Positions 8,476 through 17,227 of a DNA stretch of 32,000 bases are shown in pieces. The translations under genes were made by a program, and so were the position numbers. The DNA is taken from NCBI GenBank assembly GCA_000743035.1, contig CP008936.1, forward strand, positions 60,001 through 92,000, in the 5' to 3' direction. How positions within the stretch are numbered: the stretch's first letter is position 1; every line of letters starts with the position of its first letter. This stretch comes from Candidatus Paracaedimonas acanthamoebae (GTDB lineage: Bacteria > Pseudomonadota > Alphaproteobacteria > Caedimonadales > Caedimonadaceae). Below the pieces are notes generated by a model. That model was not told the DNA's origin. It saw only the letters and a program-made list of their open reading frames with translations, and searched no databases.

Positions 8476-9734
8476 TGTTCTCTTATTTTATTCCGCAGAG
8501 ATGGTACTTAATCTTACAAGAGAAAAGTGCAGAAATTTTCATTTATCAATGGGGACGTTTAAAAGAAAGATGTTTTCTGAAAACACCAATTCAGTTGATG
8601 GAAAAAATTTCTCAAAATTGTCCGACTTCATTAACAATTCTTATAGATCATGAGAGTGAAATCTTAGAAACTGGAATGCTTCCAAGATCTTCTTTTTTTG
8701 ATCAGAAGTCACTATTAGCGAACCATTTAAGTGCAAAATTTCCATCCGAAAGTTGGTTTGGTGGAATGTATCTAAACGTACATCAAAAAGCCCACCCTTT
8801 TTTTGGGGTTGCCTTTCAAGCTTCTAATGCCATTAAGGCATGGATGGTGCCGTTAAAAGAGAAAGGGATCAGAATTCATTTAACTTTCTTTATTGTTGAA
8901 GCCCAAAATTTCTTGCGGAGAAAATTCAAGAAAATAGGAGAAACCTCCCCTTTTATACTCTTGATGCCTTGGAATGAGTATTTAAAACAGATGTTGTTTT
9001 TGCATGGAGAAATTCGTCATTTAAGGACAATAAAACAACCATCGTGTATAGAGGAATATAGTAATCAAATCACTTCTTTCAGCCACTATGTTAAGCGCCA
9101 GCACCATTTTCCTGCAGAGAGTCTTTCTATTGTTTGTGTGAAAGTATCAAATAATCAAAAAATTCCTGAGGGCGTGAAAGAGATTTTAGAAATTCAGGAT
9201 CTTACAAGAGAAGTAATTTCTCATATTAGAGCGCGCGGGTTATCGCGCTTCCGCATGTTGAGATTCCCTGGTTTTGGCCTGTTTTCTTACAAACAGCTTA
9301 TTTATAAATACGGTCTTTTTTGTCTCTTTAGCCTAGCTATTTTTAAAATCATATCTGTCACTAAGAGTTTTTGGGCGTCCCAAAAAGAACAAAAAATCTC
9401 TCAAAAAATGGTTCAAATTACGCCTTCTCAAGCATCATCAAGATCACCAGTGACTTTATACTTGGCCGCTATTTTTTATCTTAATGAGAAAACATGGACA
9501 CTCTGGCTCAATGGCCAAAAAATAACAAATTTCCAAGGAATAAAAGACTTTGGATATGAGATCATTCGCGTCACAGAGCAACAAGTAACATTAAGAGAAA
9601 TCGATTCCAAAAAACCCATGATTACTTTAAAGCCTAATCAAACTTTTATTGCTCGTCTAAGATGCATAAAAGAGGGGGAGTGGCAAGCGCAAAAAACCCA
9701 AAATATTAGAAATAAAACAAATAATCGTTTTTAA
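8475..9734 (+). CDS. Bitopic pilus or secretion assembly protein, function inferred from context (PilM/GspL-like N-domain, TM, PilP/GspC-like C-domain)
   Basis: The ORF is open from 8424. The in-frame ATG at 8475 overlaps the gspF-like stop (TAATG), which suggests translational coupling. About 270 aa are predicted cytoplasmic, followed by one TM segment (YGLFCLFSLAIFKIISV). The ~110 aa C-terminal segment is beta-rich (TWTLWLNGQKI...YEIIRVTEQQVTLREI). No confident family match. Confidence 0.6.
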   Translation: MFSYFIPQRWYLILQEKSAEIFIYQWGRLKERCFLKTPIQLMEKISQNCPTSLTILIDHESEILETGMLPRSSFFDQKSLLANHLSAKFPSESWFGGMYLNVHQKAHPFFGVAFQASNAIKAWMVPLKEKGIRIHLTFFIVEAQNFLRRKFKKIGETSPFILLMPWNEYLKQMLFLHGEIRHLRTIKQPSCIEEYSNQITSFSHYVKRQHHFPAESLSIVCVKVSNNQKIPEGVKEILEIQDLTREVISHIRARGLSRFRMLRFPGFGLFSYKQLIYKYGLFCLFSLAIFKIISVTKSFWASQKEQKISQKMVQITPSQASSRSPVTLYLAAIFYLNEKTWTLWLNGQKITNFQGIKDFGYEIIRVTEQQVTLREIDSKKPMITLKPNQTFIARLRCIKEGEWQAQKTQNIRNKTNNRF

Positions 9735-9744
9735 ATAAAGGCAT

Positions 9745-10509
9745 CTAATAACGGTGGGCATGAAGACGGTAACTCGTGCAAATCCCTGCAAAATTTCTTT
9801 GTGTTTTCCACGTAACAATATGTCGGAAAGGAGTATCTTCTCTAGTGGAATAAGGAGAGCTTATAAAAATTAAATCACCGTTGCCATTTTCAGTTTCACT
9901 CTTGCTTGAGTGTAATCCTTGACGTGTTTGAGTGGTGCCTTTGCCAATATAGGCTCCTTGCCCTGAAGGACCATGGCTTATAAGAACAAATAAAATACTG
10001 TCTTCTCCTGTTCCCAAAACACTTAAGCCATTTTCATCCGTCACTTTAAGTGAACGTAAACTAATTTTTTCACAAAACCGTTTGAAGTCAAATTCTGAGC
10101 CTGGCCTAAAAATAAGTTTTGGTTCAACAGCATAGGTCATAAAATTTTTATAACCATCTCGCGCAACACTCTCTGGCAGCCCAAGTGTTCGATAAGGAAT
10201 AATTCCTATTGCCTCAGCTGCTTTTGAACAATGAAGACGGGCAACACCTGCCTCTTGTCCTTGAGAAGCAGGATCAGCAGGACAGGGAAGCGTCCTATAA
10301 AGGGCTGTATAGGAGGCTAGGCTGTCCACGATTTCTTGATGATGGCGGCGTGTTATTTCAAGTTTTGATCTTTCTATTTGAGGTATTAAGAGAGGGACGG
10401 TTAAACCTCCAATAATACCAATGATTGCTAAAACGATAGCAAGCTCGATTAAAGAATAACCAGCTTCATCGTGTTTACATCTGGAAATAAATGACACAAG
10501 AAATTTCAT
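9745..10509 (-). CDS. Prepilin-type N-terminal cleavage/methylation domain protein (large pilin or pseudopilin)
   Basis: Class III signal MKFLVSFISRCKHDEAG|YSLIELAIVLAIIGIIGGL with Glu at +5. The ORF is open to 10545; I chose the ATG at 10509, which gives a 17-aa leader. It overlaps the upstream pilin gene by 35 nt. Confidence 0.75.
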   Translation of the reverse strand: MKFLVSFISRCKHDEAGYSLIELAIVLAIIGIIGGLTVPLLIPQIERSKLEITRRHHQEIVDSLASYTALYRTLPCPADPASQGQEAGVARLHCSKAAEAIGIIPYRTLGLPESVARDGYKNFMTYAVEPKLIFRPGSEFDFKRFCEKISLRSLKVTDENGLSVLGTGEDSILFVLISHGPSGQGAYIGKGTTQTRQGLHSSKSETENGNGDLIFISSPYSTREDTPFRHIVTWKTQRNFAGICTSYRLHAHRY

Positions 10510-11167
10510 TGTTTTTCGTATTGTATTCGCCTTTAGCGGTGACACAACTCCCTACTTTGACACCTGCTCCATCTTTAGCTCTTATCTTTCCCGTTGTGGG
10601 GTGGCCATTGTCGGCTTTCTTATCAAGGCTCATCGCTTGAAGTGGAGTAAGACCTGGCGCATCTCCTTTATCCCCGTTCTCATTGCCAAGCACAAACCAG
10701 TGACCGGGCATATCCTCAAAAGGATGATAGCAAATTGTAAAACCTCCTCCAATTTTAGCTTTTGGAGCCCCAACACCAAATTTCGCTTGGGTTCCTGGCG
10801 AAGTTCCAGGACTTGGAAGCAGGTTGGCTGCAGCTAAATGTGCCCAGAAAGAAGCTGCTTCATGGTTTTTACCTTGAGTTGTGAGGCCAGATCCTTCTAT
10901 AATCCCATTATTATTTCCATTAAGAAGTCCTTCTTGAATAAGTTCGGCGGCTTGATCAAAATCCCCCGGTAATGCATCATAACGGTCCATAAATGTACTG
11001 ACTGCTACACGATACTCATTTACTTGAGTCAACACAGATTTAAGACGCGCACTTTCGAGAAGTTCCTGCCCTTTAAGAATACCTCCCACAATAAGTCCTA
11101 TAATCATAAGCGCAATAGCAAGTTCAACAAGACTGAAACCAGCTTGGGTTGTTGTTTGTTTTTGCAT
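10475..11167 (-). CDS. Prepilin-type N-terminal cleavage/methylation domain protein (large pilin or pseudopilin)
   Basis: 230 aa. Leader MQKQTTTQAG|FSLVELAIALMIIGLIVGGIL with Glu at +5, followed by a long hydrophobic helix. Confidence 0.8.
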   Translation of the reverse strand: MQKQTTTQAGFSLVELAIALMIIGLIVGGILKGQELLESARLKSVLTQVNEYRVAVSTFMDRYDALPGDFDQAAELIQEGLLNGNNNGIIEGSGLTTQGKNHEAASFWAHLAAANLLPSPGTSPGTQAKFGVGAPKAKIGGGFTICYHPFEDMPGHWFVLGNENGDKGDAPGLTPLQAMSLDKKADNGHPTTGKIRAKDGAGVKVGSCVTAKGEYNTKNNEISCVIYFQM

Positions 11168-11520
11168 GAAAGTCCTCTTTTAAAATTAAACCATTTAAAA
11201 CCCTAAATGATCAACAACAAGCCTATTTTATATAAGGGCTATTTTATAAGTTTATGAAAAAGTTCTTTATGGTGGTGAGATAATTCCTTCTCATGAAAGA
11301 AGCCTTAGGTTGACATGCAAGCTACCTGAAAAACTACCAAAGTAACGTCCTTCCTTTGAAACGATTAAATGCAAAATCGGGGCATATAGGCAAGTTTTCC
11401 TTGATTTTACGGCTTATATTTGCTATTCTAATAAAATGAGTTCCGCTCCCCTTCCTCTCTTCTTTAAACTTCTTTCCAGCAAAAAAAATAGCACAAAAGG
11501 CTTTTTCTTATCTCTAAAAC

Positions 11521-11550
11521 TTGACAGAGAAGGTTGCAAAGCCTTATGCA
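11521..11550 (+). promoter_or_regulatory. Possible promoter of tRNA-Leu
   Basis: Perfect -35 TTGACA at 11521-11526. The -10 is weak: TATGCA with an 18-nt spacer, ending 12 nt before the tRNA 5' end. Confidence 0.3.
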
Positions 11551-11561
11551 TGAAGATTAGA

Positions 11562-11648
11562 GCCCAGGTGGCGGAATTGGTAGACGCGCTAGATTCAGGT
11601 TCTAGTAGGCGCAAGCTTGTGGAAGTTCGAGTCTTCTCCTGGGCACCA
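11562..11648 (+). tRNA. tRNA-Leu (anticodon CAG), CCA encoded
   Basis: Hand-folded cloverleaf. Acceptor stem GCCCAGG/CCTGGGC. Anticodon stem CTAGA/TCTAG with loop TTCAGGT. Long variable arm AGGC-GCAA-GCTT (class II). T-arm GGAAG-TTCGAGT-CTTCT. 3' end ACCA. Confidence 0.95.
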
Positions 11649-11671
11649 TGCGAGTTAATGGAGGATTGATT

Positions 11672-12304
11672 GTGAGCGGACAGCAGAGTCTCAATATTCA
11701 ACATCATTTTGGAGATTTACCCTCTTCTGTAAATTTTCAAAGTTCTGTTGCAATTGACACAGAGGCCATGGGATTGAATCCTCATCGCGATCGATTATGT
11801 GCTGTACAACTTTCGCAAGGCGATGGAACTTGTCATGTTGTGCAGTTCAGTCATGAAAAAATTTATCATGCACCTAATCTTGTCCAACTTTTATTGAACC
11901 CTTCTGTTTTGAAGATTTTTCATTTTGCGCGTTTTGATGTGGCTTTATTGTCGCATACATTTGGAATTGAAATTAGACCTATTTACTGTACAAAAATTGC
12001 TTCAAAAATTGTACGCACCTTTACAGATCGCCATGGGTTGAGAGATCTCTGTAAAGAACTCTTGAATGTCGATATTTCGAAAGAGGCTCAAACTTCCGAT
12101 TGGGGAGCTCCAACGTTCACACCTGAGCAATTAAGATATGCCGCAACAGATGTGCTTTATCTTCATAGACTTAAAGATATTTTAGATACCTTGTTAAAAC
12201 GGGAAGAAAAGGAGAAGCTGGCGCAAGCATGTTTTGATTTTGTGCCTGCATGTACTCAATTAGATCTTTTAGGGTATCAAAACCTAAATATATTAGATCA
12301 CTAA
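11672..12304 (+). CDS. 3'-5' exonuclease, short RNase D-like DEDDy family
   Basis: Motifs AIDTEAMGL (ExoI), FHFARFDVALL (ExoII), YAATDVLYLHRL (ExoIII with Tyr). The ORF is open from the ATG at 11648, but that touches the tRNA 3' end, so I prefer the GTG at 11672. The start is uncertain. Confidence 0.8.
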   Translation: MSGQQSLNIQHHFGDLPSSVNFQSSVAIDTEAMGLNPHRDRLCAVQLSQGDGTCHVVQFSHEKIYHAPNLVQLLLNPSVLKIFHFARFDVALLSHTFGIEIRPIYCTKIASKIVRTFTDRHGLRDLCKELLNVDISKEAQTSDWGAPTFTPEQLRYAATDVLYLHRLKDILDTLLKREEKEKLAQACFDFVPACTQLDLLGYQNLNILDH

Positions 12305-12328
12305 ACTTATGGTAAAAAAGGAGTGACA

Positions 12329-13354
12329 ATGACGGTTATTGCTTTCAATGCAAATACAAGCTTAAAAATGCAAAAGCCTGATGCTGTGTCGCATTTTACT
12401 TTAGAGGAAGCTCAGCGCGTCTTGAATTTAGAAGCCAAAGCTCTTCAAGTTCTTTCTAAGAGTATAGATGAGAGCTTTCTGAAGGCTTGCCAAATTATCA
12501 TTGAAACAAAAGGTCGAGTCGTTGTTTCTGGGATGGGTAAAAGCGGACATATCGCGCGTAAGATTGCAGCGACCCTTTCTTCGACAGGAACACCATCTCT
12601 TTTCGTTCATCCTGCGGAAGCAAGTCATGGCGATTTAGGGATGATCTCGCCGATGGACACCTTAATTGTCTTATCCTCTTCTGGTGAAACAACTGAACTT
12701 TCTAATTTGTTAGCTTATGCGCAACGCCGTCTAATTCCTTTAATTGCGATTACGCAAAGAAAAGAGAGTACGCTTGCGGAAACATCGACGGTAACTTTAC
12801 TCTTACCTTCAATAGAAGAAGCTTGCCCTTTAGGTCTTGCTCCAACAACTTCAACGACAATGATGCTTGCCTTAGGAGATGCCTTAGGAACAACACTTTT
12901 AAATTTTAGAGGTTTTTCTCCTGAAGATTTTGGTGTTTTTCATCCTGGAGGAAAATTAGGTCAGCGCTTGGTAAGGGTCTCACAGATTATGCACAGAAAT
13001 GAAAAAGTTCCTGTTGTGAGTCTGGGGACTCCTATGAATAAAGCTATTTTAACAATGACATCTCATGGATTTGGTTGTGTGGGGGTTATTGAAAATTCAG
13101 GAACATTGGTTGGGATTATTACAGATGGAGATTTGCGGCGTCATATGAATACAAATCTTTTATCAGCTTTGGTTGAAGAAGTAATGACAACGTATCCCTA
13201 TACTATTCATGCTGGTGCTCTTGCAGAAGAGGCTCTTGCTTTTATGAATGAAAAGCAAGTTACGGCACTTTTTGTAGTTGAAAGTAAACAGGATATTGAT
13301 CACGTCGTAGGGATTGTACATATACATGACTTTTTAAGAGCTAATATTTCTTAA
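12329..13354 (+). CDS. kdsD: Arabinose-5-phosphate isomerase (KpsF/GutQ/KdsD family; SIS plus tandem CBS domains)
   Basis: VVVSGMGKSGHIARKIAATLSSTGTPSLFVHPAEASHGDLGM is a SIS domain, and two CBS motifs sit at the C-terminus. AAGGAG lies 5 nt before the ATG at 12329 (the ORF-track GTG at 12323 is less likely). Located upstream of lptCAB. Confidence 0.9.
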   Translation: MTVIAFNANTSLKMQKPDAVSHFTLEEAQRVLNLEAKALQVLSKSIDESFLKACQIIIETKGRVVVSGMGKSGHIARKIAATLSSTGTPSLFVHPAEASHGDLGMISPMDTLIVLSSSGETTELSNLLAYAQRRLIPLIAITQRKESTLAETSTVTLLLPSIEEACPLGLAPTTSTTMMLALGDALGTTLLNFRGFSPEDFGVFHPGGKLGQRLVRVSQIMHRNEKVPVVSLGTPMNKAILTMTSHGFGCVGVIENSGTLVGIITDGDLRRHMNTNLLSALVEEVMTTYPYTIHAGALAEEALAFMNEKQVTALFVVESKQDIDHVVGIVHIHDFLRANIS

Positions 13355-13372
13355 GGAGCGATTGAAGAAGCG

Positions 13373-14062
13373 ATGAGTTTTGTAAAAAATAATTTCTACA
13401 CATCTCGCAAGGGAAAACCATTAAGCCAAGAGTTGCAACAACAACATCAACGGCGCTCAGAAAGGGTTATTTTTTTAAGAAAATTTTCATGCGCATCAAT
13501 TATACTGATGGGGGTAATTTTAATCGCTTGGCCGCAAATAGAAGACTTTTTAAACTCCACAGAATCTCAAGGAGAGAATAAGTTTAAGAACCTTTCGATG
13601 CAGAATAGGATCCAGCAACCACGAATGCATTCCTATGATAAAGATCAACGCCCTTTTAATATTAATGCACAAAGCGCTGAACAAGTTGCTTCAGAAAAGA
13701 TCGGACTTGAACAACCTTTTAGTAAACATATTCTTCACAATGGAACAGAGATTGAAGTTAATGGAGATAAAGGAGTTTTCCATCAAAATACAAAATTTTT
13801 GGATTATCGAGAGAACGTTAAACTAAAAACAAGTTCAGGTTACGAATTTGCAACGGATTCTGCTCAAGTTGATACAAACAATAAAAATGTTGAAGGTTCT
13901 AAACCAATTATGGGTAAGGGGCCATCAAGTAAAATTGTTGCTCAGGGGTTTAAAATAGAGAATGGAGGGAACAAAGTTCATTTTATAGGAAAAAGTACCC
14001 TTACATTGTATGATGCAGATTCTGAAGGTAATAAAGGATTTGGCCTTTCAAATGGAAAATAA
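13373..14062 (+). CDS. lptC: LPS export system protein LptC-like
   Basis: 229 aa. Single N-terminal TM anchor (ASIILMGVILIAWPQI) followed by a beta-jellyroll-like periplasmic domain. Canonical position between kdsD and lptA. Confidence 0.65.
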   Translation: MSFVKNNFYTSRKGKPLSQELQQQHQRRSERVIFLRKFSCASIILMGVILIAWPQIEDFLNSTESQGENKFKNLSMQNRIQQPRMHSYDKDQRPFNINAQSAEQVASEKIGLEQPFSKHILHNGTEIEVNGDKGVFHQNTKFLDYRENVKLKTSSGYEFATDSAQVDTNNKNVEGSKPIMGKGPSSKIVAQGFKIENGGNKVHFIGKSTLTLYDADSEGNKGFGLSNGK

Positions 14063-14711
14063 TTCCCTATTTTGGTACTTTATTTGTTGTAGTTGGTTGA
14101 TTTCTAGTTTGGCATACGCAGAACTCAAAACGCAAACTATCGAAACGGCAAAGGTTCCTGTCGAAATTAATTCTGATGATGGAATTGTCTGTGAACGTGA
14201 TAAAAATATCTGTACAGCTTATGGAAACGTTGTGGTGACTCATAAGGAGTACAAACTAAATTGTGACAAGCTTGTGACGTATTTCAGATCGACGGAACAT
14301 TCAAAGAATGAGTTATACAAAATTGAGGCAATTGGGCATGCTATCATGAGTTCTCAAGATAAGGTAATTGAAGCTGAGCTTTTGAAAGCGTATATCAATA
14401 AAAATGCGGCAGGAAAATACGATATTGAGGAAGTTAAGGCTTTCAACAACGTTATTATTGTGACCGAGAAAGAAATTGCGAAAGCAAAATATGGTCATTA
14501 TCAGCCAGATAAACATTTGGTGACATTAAAGGGTGATGTTCAAATCACAAATCAAGAAGGACAAATGCAAGGTGCTTATGCTGAAGTTGATCTCGACAGA
14601 GGGATCAGTAAAATGTTAAGGAAGCCACCAACGCAAGCACAAGATGAAAAATTAAAAATGACACCAAAGCGGGTAAAGGTCCTTATTTTGCCTAAGGCTC
14701 ATCAACAATAA
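14052..14711 (+). CDS. lptA: LPS transport periplasmic protein LptA (OstA-like)
   Basis: Signal peptide MENNSLFWYFICCSWLISSLAYA|E from the ATG at 14052 (ORF open from 14010). OstA-N-like pattern INSDDGIVCERDKNICTAYGNVVV...LKGDVQITNQEGQMQGAYAEVDL. Position is immediately before lptB. Confidence 0.75.
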   Translation: MENNSLFWYFICCSWLISSLAYAELKTQTIETAKVPVEINSDDGIVCERDKNICTAYGNVVVTHKEYKLNCDKLVTYFRSTEHSKNELYKIEAIGHAIMSSQDKVIEAELLKAYINKNAAGKYDIEEVKAFNNVIIVTEKEIAKAKYGHYQPDKHLVTLKGDVQITNQEGQMQGAYAEVDLDRGISKMLRKPPTQAQDEKLKMTPKRVKVLILPKAHQQ

Positions 14712-14722
14712 GATAAAATATT

Positions 14723-15481
14723 ATGGATGCTTCTCAATCTAACGCACATTTTTTTAACGGGACAGGCCTTGAGGCAATAATGCTTGGTAAAAGCTATCGT
14801 AAGCGGCCTGTTGTAAAGGATGTCTCTCTTCACGTGCAAAGAGGAGAAGCAGTTGGATTACTTGGACCTAATGGAGCAGGGAAAACGACTTGTTTCTCAA
14901 TGATTGCGGGATTGGTAAAGCCAGATCAAGGTCAAATATATTTTGATGGTTATGAGATTAGTACTTTGCCTATGTACCGCCGTGCGCGCTTAGGAATTGG
15001 GTATCTTCCCCAAGAGGCCTCTATTTTTAGAGGGCTGACAGTTGAAGAGAATATAAGAGCAGTCCTTGAAATAACTGTAAAAAATTCTGATGAGCGTGAA
15101 GAGATATTAGAAGGCTTACTTTCAGAGTTTATGATTACGCACCTAAGACGTTCAGCAGCTATCACATTGTCAGGTGGAGAGCGTCGTCGTGTTGAAATTG
15201 CAAGAGCTTTAGCAACACATCCTCATTTCATTATGCTTGATGAACCATTAGCAGGGATTGATCCGATTGCTGTTCATGACATTCGTGAACTTATTTCACA
15301 TCTTAAAGATCGTAATATTGGGGTCCTTATTACAGATCATAATGTTCGCGAAACCTTGGATATTGTTGATCGTGCATATATCATGAATGATGGATACGTG
15401 CTGATGCAAGGCACACCTTCGGAAATTATTGCCGATAAAAATGTAAGACGTGTCTATTTGGGAGAAGGTTTTAAGATTTAA
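14723..15481 (+). CDS. lptB: LPS export ABC transporter ATP-binding protein
   Basis: Walker [10 protein letters not shown], signature [15 protein letters not shown], Walker [14 protein letters not shown]. Length and context are typical of LptB. Confidence 0.93.
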   Translation: MDASQSNAHFFNGTGLEAIMLGKSYRKRPVVKDVSLHVQRGEAVGLLGPNGAGKTTCFSMIAGLVKPDQGQIYFDGYEISTLPMYRRARLGIGYLPQEASIFRGLTVEENIRAVLEITVKNSDEREEILEGLLSEFMITHLRRSAAITLSGGERRRVEIARALATHPHFIMLDEPLAGIDPIAVHDIRELISHLKDRNIGVLITDHNVRETLDIVDRAYIMNDGYVLMQGTPSEIIADKNVRRVYLGEGFKI

Positions 15482-15498
15482 TAATTAAAAAATTAGCA

Positions 15499-15517
15499 TT
15501 GACAAATAATTTGTCAA
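15499..15517. repeat. Perfect 9-1-9 palindrome TTGACAAAT-A-ATTTGTCAA
   Basis: Read directly from the sequence, 18 nt after the lptB stop. AT-rich, so it could be a weak terminator hairpin or a dimeric regulator site. The TTGACA half also matches a -35 hexamer. Confidence 0.6.
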
Positions 15518-15580
15518 AAAATAATTGTGATCACTAATTTTCTTCTCAGCATTTTTTAACTTCTTAGTTTAATTTTTTAT

Positions 15581-15792
15581 ATGATCACACGCTTCATTTT
15601 GCATGTTAGCGTTCTTAGCGTATTGTCAACTTCTTTAAAGGCGACAAAGTACCGAAAGGAGAGCTGAGTCTTGGTCCTTCGATTATCCAAAGAGATTCAC
15701 AAGAAGGTCTTGCACAACTTCGAAAGAGATTACAAGAATTCGCGGAAAAACTTGGCATATCTCAAGAACAATTAAGCTTGAATTATCAATAG
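15581..15792 (+). pseudogene. Possible frameshifted small secreted-protein gene
   Basis: The ATG at 15581 gives MITRFILHVSVLSVLSTSLKATKYRKES* (signal-peptide-like). A second frame, open from 15619 with no start codon, continues ...KGDKVPKGELSLGPSIIQRDSQEGLAQLRKRLQEFAEKLGISQEQLSLNYQ* to 15792. The two frames join across the TTTAAAGG run near 15635-15642. Confidence 0.25.
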
Positions 15793-15922
15793 CTAAACAG
15801 TCCATAATAATCACATAAAGCCGAGAAAATAATTCATTTGATAGAGTCATTTACAGTTCGTTAATACAGTTGCTGGTATAAATTATTAATGCTGCTTTAT
15901 AGGGAACTGAGAAAGTAATTTA

Positions 15923-17125
15923 ATGAAAAATAGAATCCAGCAATATATCAATATTGAATCTTTATCGGGAATTTTACTATTTAGTGGCATGGTGCTTGCC
16001 TTATGCATTAGCAACAGTAACTTATACGATATCTATCTTAACCTTATAAACTTACCAATCAGCATTACAATCGGGGAATTTGTTCTTCATAAGCCGCTCA
16101 TAAAATGGACAAATGATGGATTAATGGCGATCTTTTTTTTGACGATTACGCTTGAGGCTAAATACCATTTTCTAGAAGGGGAATTTACGTCTAGAGAAAA
16201 TCTTACCCTGCCTATTATAGCGGCGTTAGGTGGCGCTGTTGTTCCTGCTGTTGTTTATTATTTATTCAATTATGATACCTCCTCTCAGGCAAGAGGGTGG
16301 GCCATTCCTATTGCCACGGATACAGCTTTTGTTCTCGGGATATTATCATTCTTTTCAACAAGAATACCCCTTGCAGTGCGTTTATTTGTTGTTGCTCTTT
16401 CTATCATTGATGATATTATTGCTGTTATGGTTTTAGCCATATTTTATACGGCTTCCATAAATTATACTCCTCTTCTTATTGCAGCGATCATTTTACTCCT
16501 TTTAGCCATCATTAATTTACTAAAAGTCAGCAAGCTTAGTATTTATGTGATGTTGGGTATAGGTCTTTGGTTATCGTTGGTAGAAGCTGGTGTCCATGGT
16601 ACATTAGCAGGAGTCCTTCTTGGTGCATTTATTCCACTACGAGTTAAAGAATTAGATCAAAAAGCATCTTCTCCACTTAAGAGATTAGAGTATTCACTGC
16701 ATCCTTTTGTTGCTTTAATAGTTTTACCTGTCTTTGCTTTTTTGAATTGTGAGGTGGTTTTTAAAGAATTATCTATACCTGACTTTTACTCATCAATTAC
16801 ACTTGGCATTATGGCAGGCTTATTTATAGGCAAACAACTTGGTATTATGAGCTTCTCCTTTGTGGCAATTAAACTACGTCTATGCAAACTTCCATGTGAT
16901 ATAAATTGGAGAGTATATTATGGAATTAGTATTCTTTGTGGCATAGGTTTTACGTTTAGTTTATTTATTGGAACCCTATCATTTGAACATAAAACTTATG
17001 TCAATCAAATGGAACTTGGGGTTATTTTAGGTTCTTTATTTTCTGCATTAATGGGGGCTGTATTATTGGGGAAAGCTATCGGTGCTTCTCAATCAACGAT
17101 AGAAAATCCTTCAAAATATCCTTAA
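15923..17125 (+). CDS. nhaA: Na+/H+ antiporter NhaA
   Basis: 400 aa polytopic protein. NhaA hallmarks WAIPIATDTAFVLGIL and the LSIIDDIIAV DD pair. Confidence 0.93.
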   Translation: MKNRIQQYINIESLSGILLFSGMVLALCISNSNLYDIYLNLINLPISITIGEFVLHKPLIKWTNDGLMAIFFLTITLEAKYHFLEGEFTSRENLTLPIIAALGGAVVPAVVYYLFNYDTSSQARGWAIPIATDTAFVLGILSFFSTRIPLAVRLFVVALSIIDDIIAVMVLAIFYTASINYTPLLIAAIILLLLAIINLLKVSKLSIYVMLGIGLWLSLVEAGVHGTLAGVLLGAFIPLRVKELDQKASSPLKRLEYSLHPFVALIVLPVFAFLNCEVVFKELSIPDFYSSITLGIMAGLFIGKQLGIMSFSFVAIKLRLCKLPCDINWRVYYGISILCGIGFTFSLFIGTLSFEHKTYVNQMELGVILGSLFSALMGAVLLGKAIGASQSTIENPSKYP

Positions 17126-17227
17126 TTAAATTAAAATTTATATCATGATGAGCATATTGTAGGTTCTGTTTTATGGTGAGACTGTGCATGTACTCGCATA
17201 AAATTCTTATAATTTATGTATAATTAA

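Noticed and set aside
11423-11707. ORFs 11423-11707 (-) and 11436-11669 (+)
   Set aside because: Both lie across tRNA-Leu(CAG) and its promoter region. Their open frames are explained by the GC-richer tRNA sequence.
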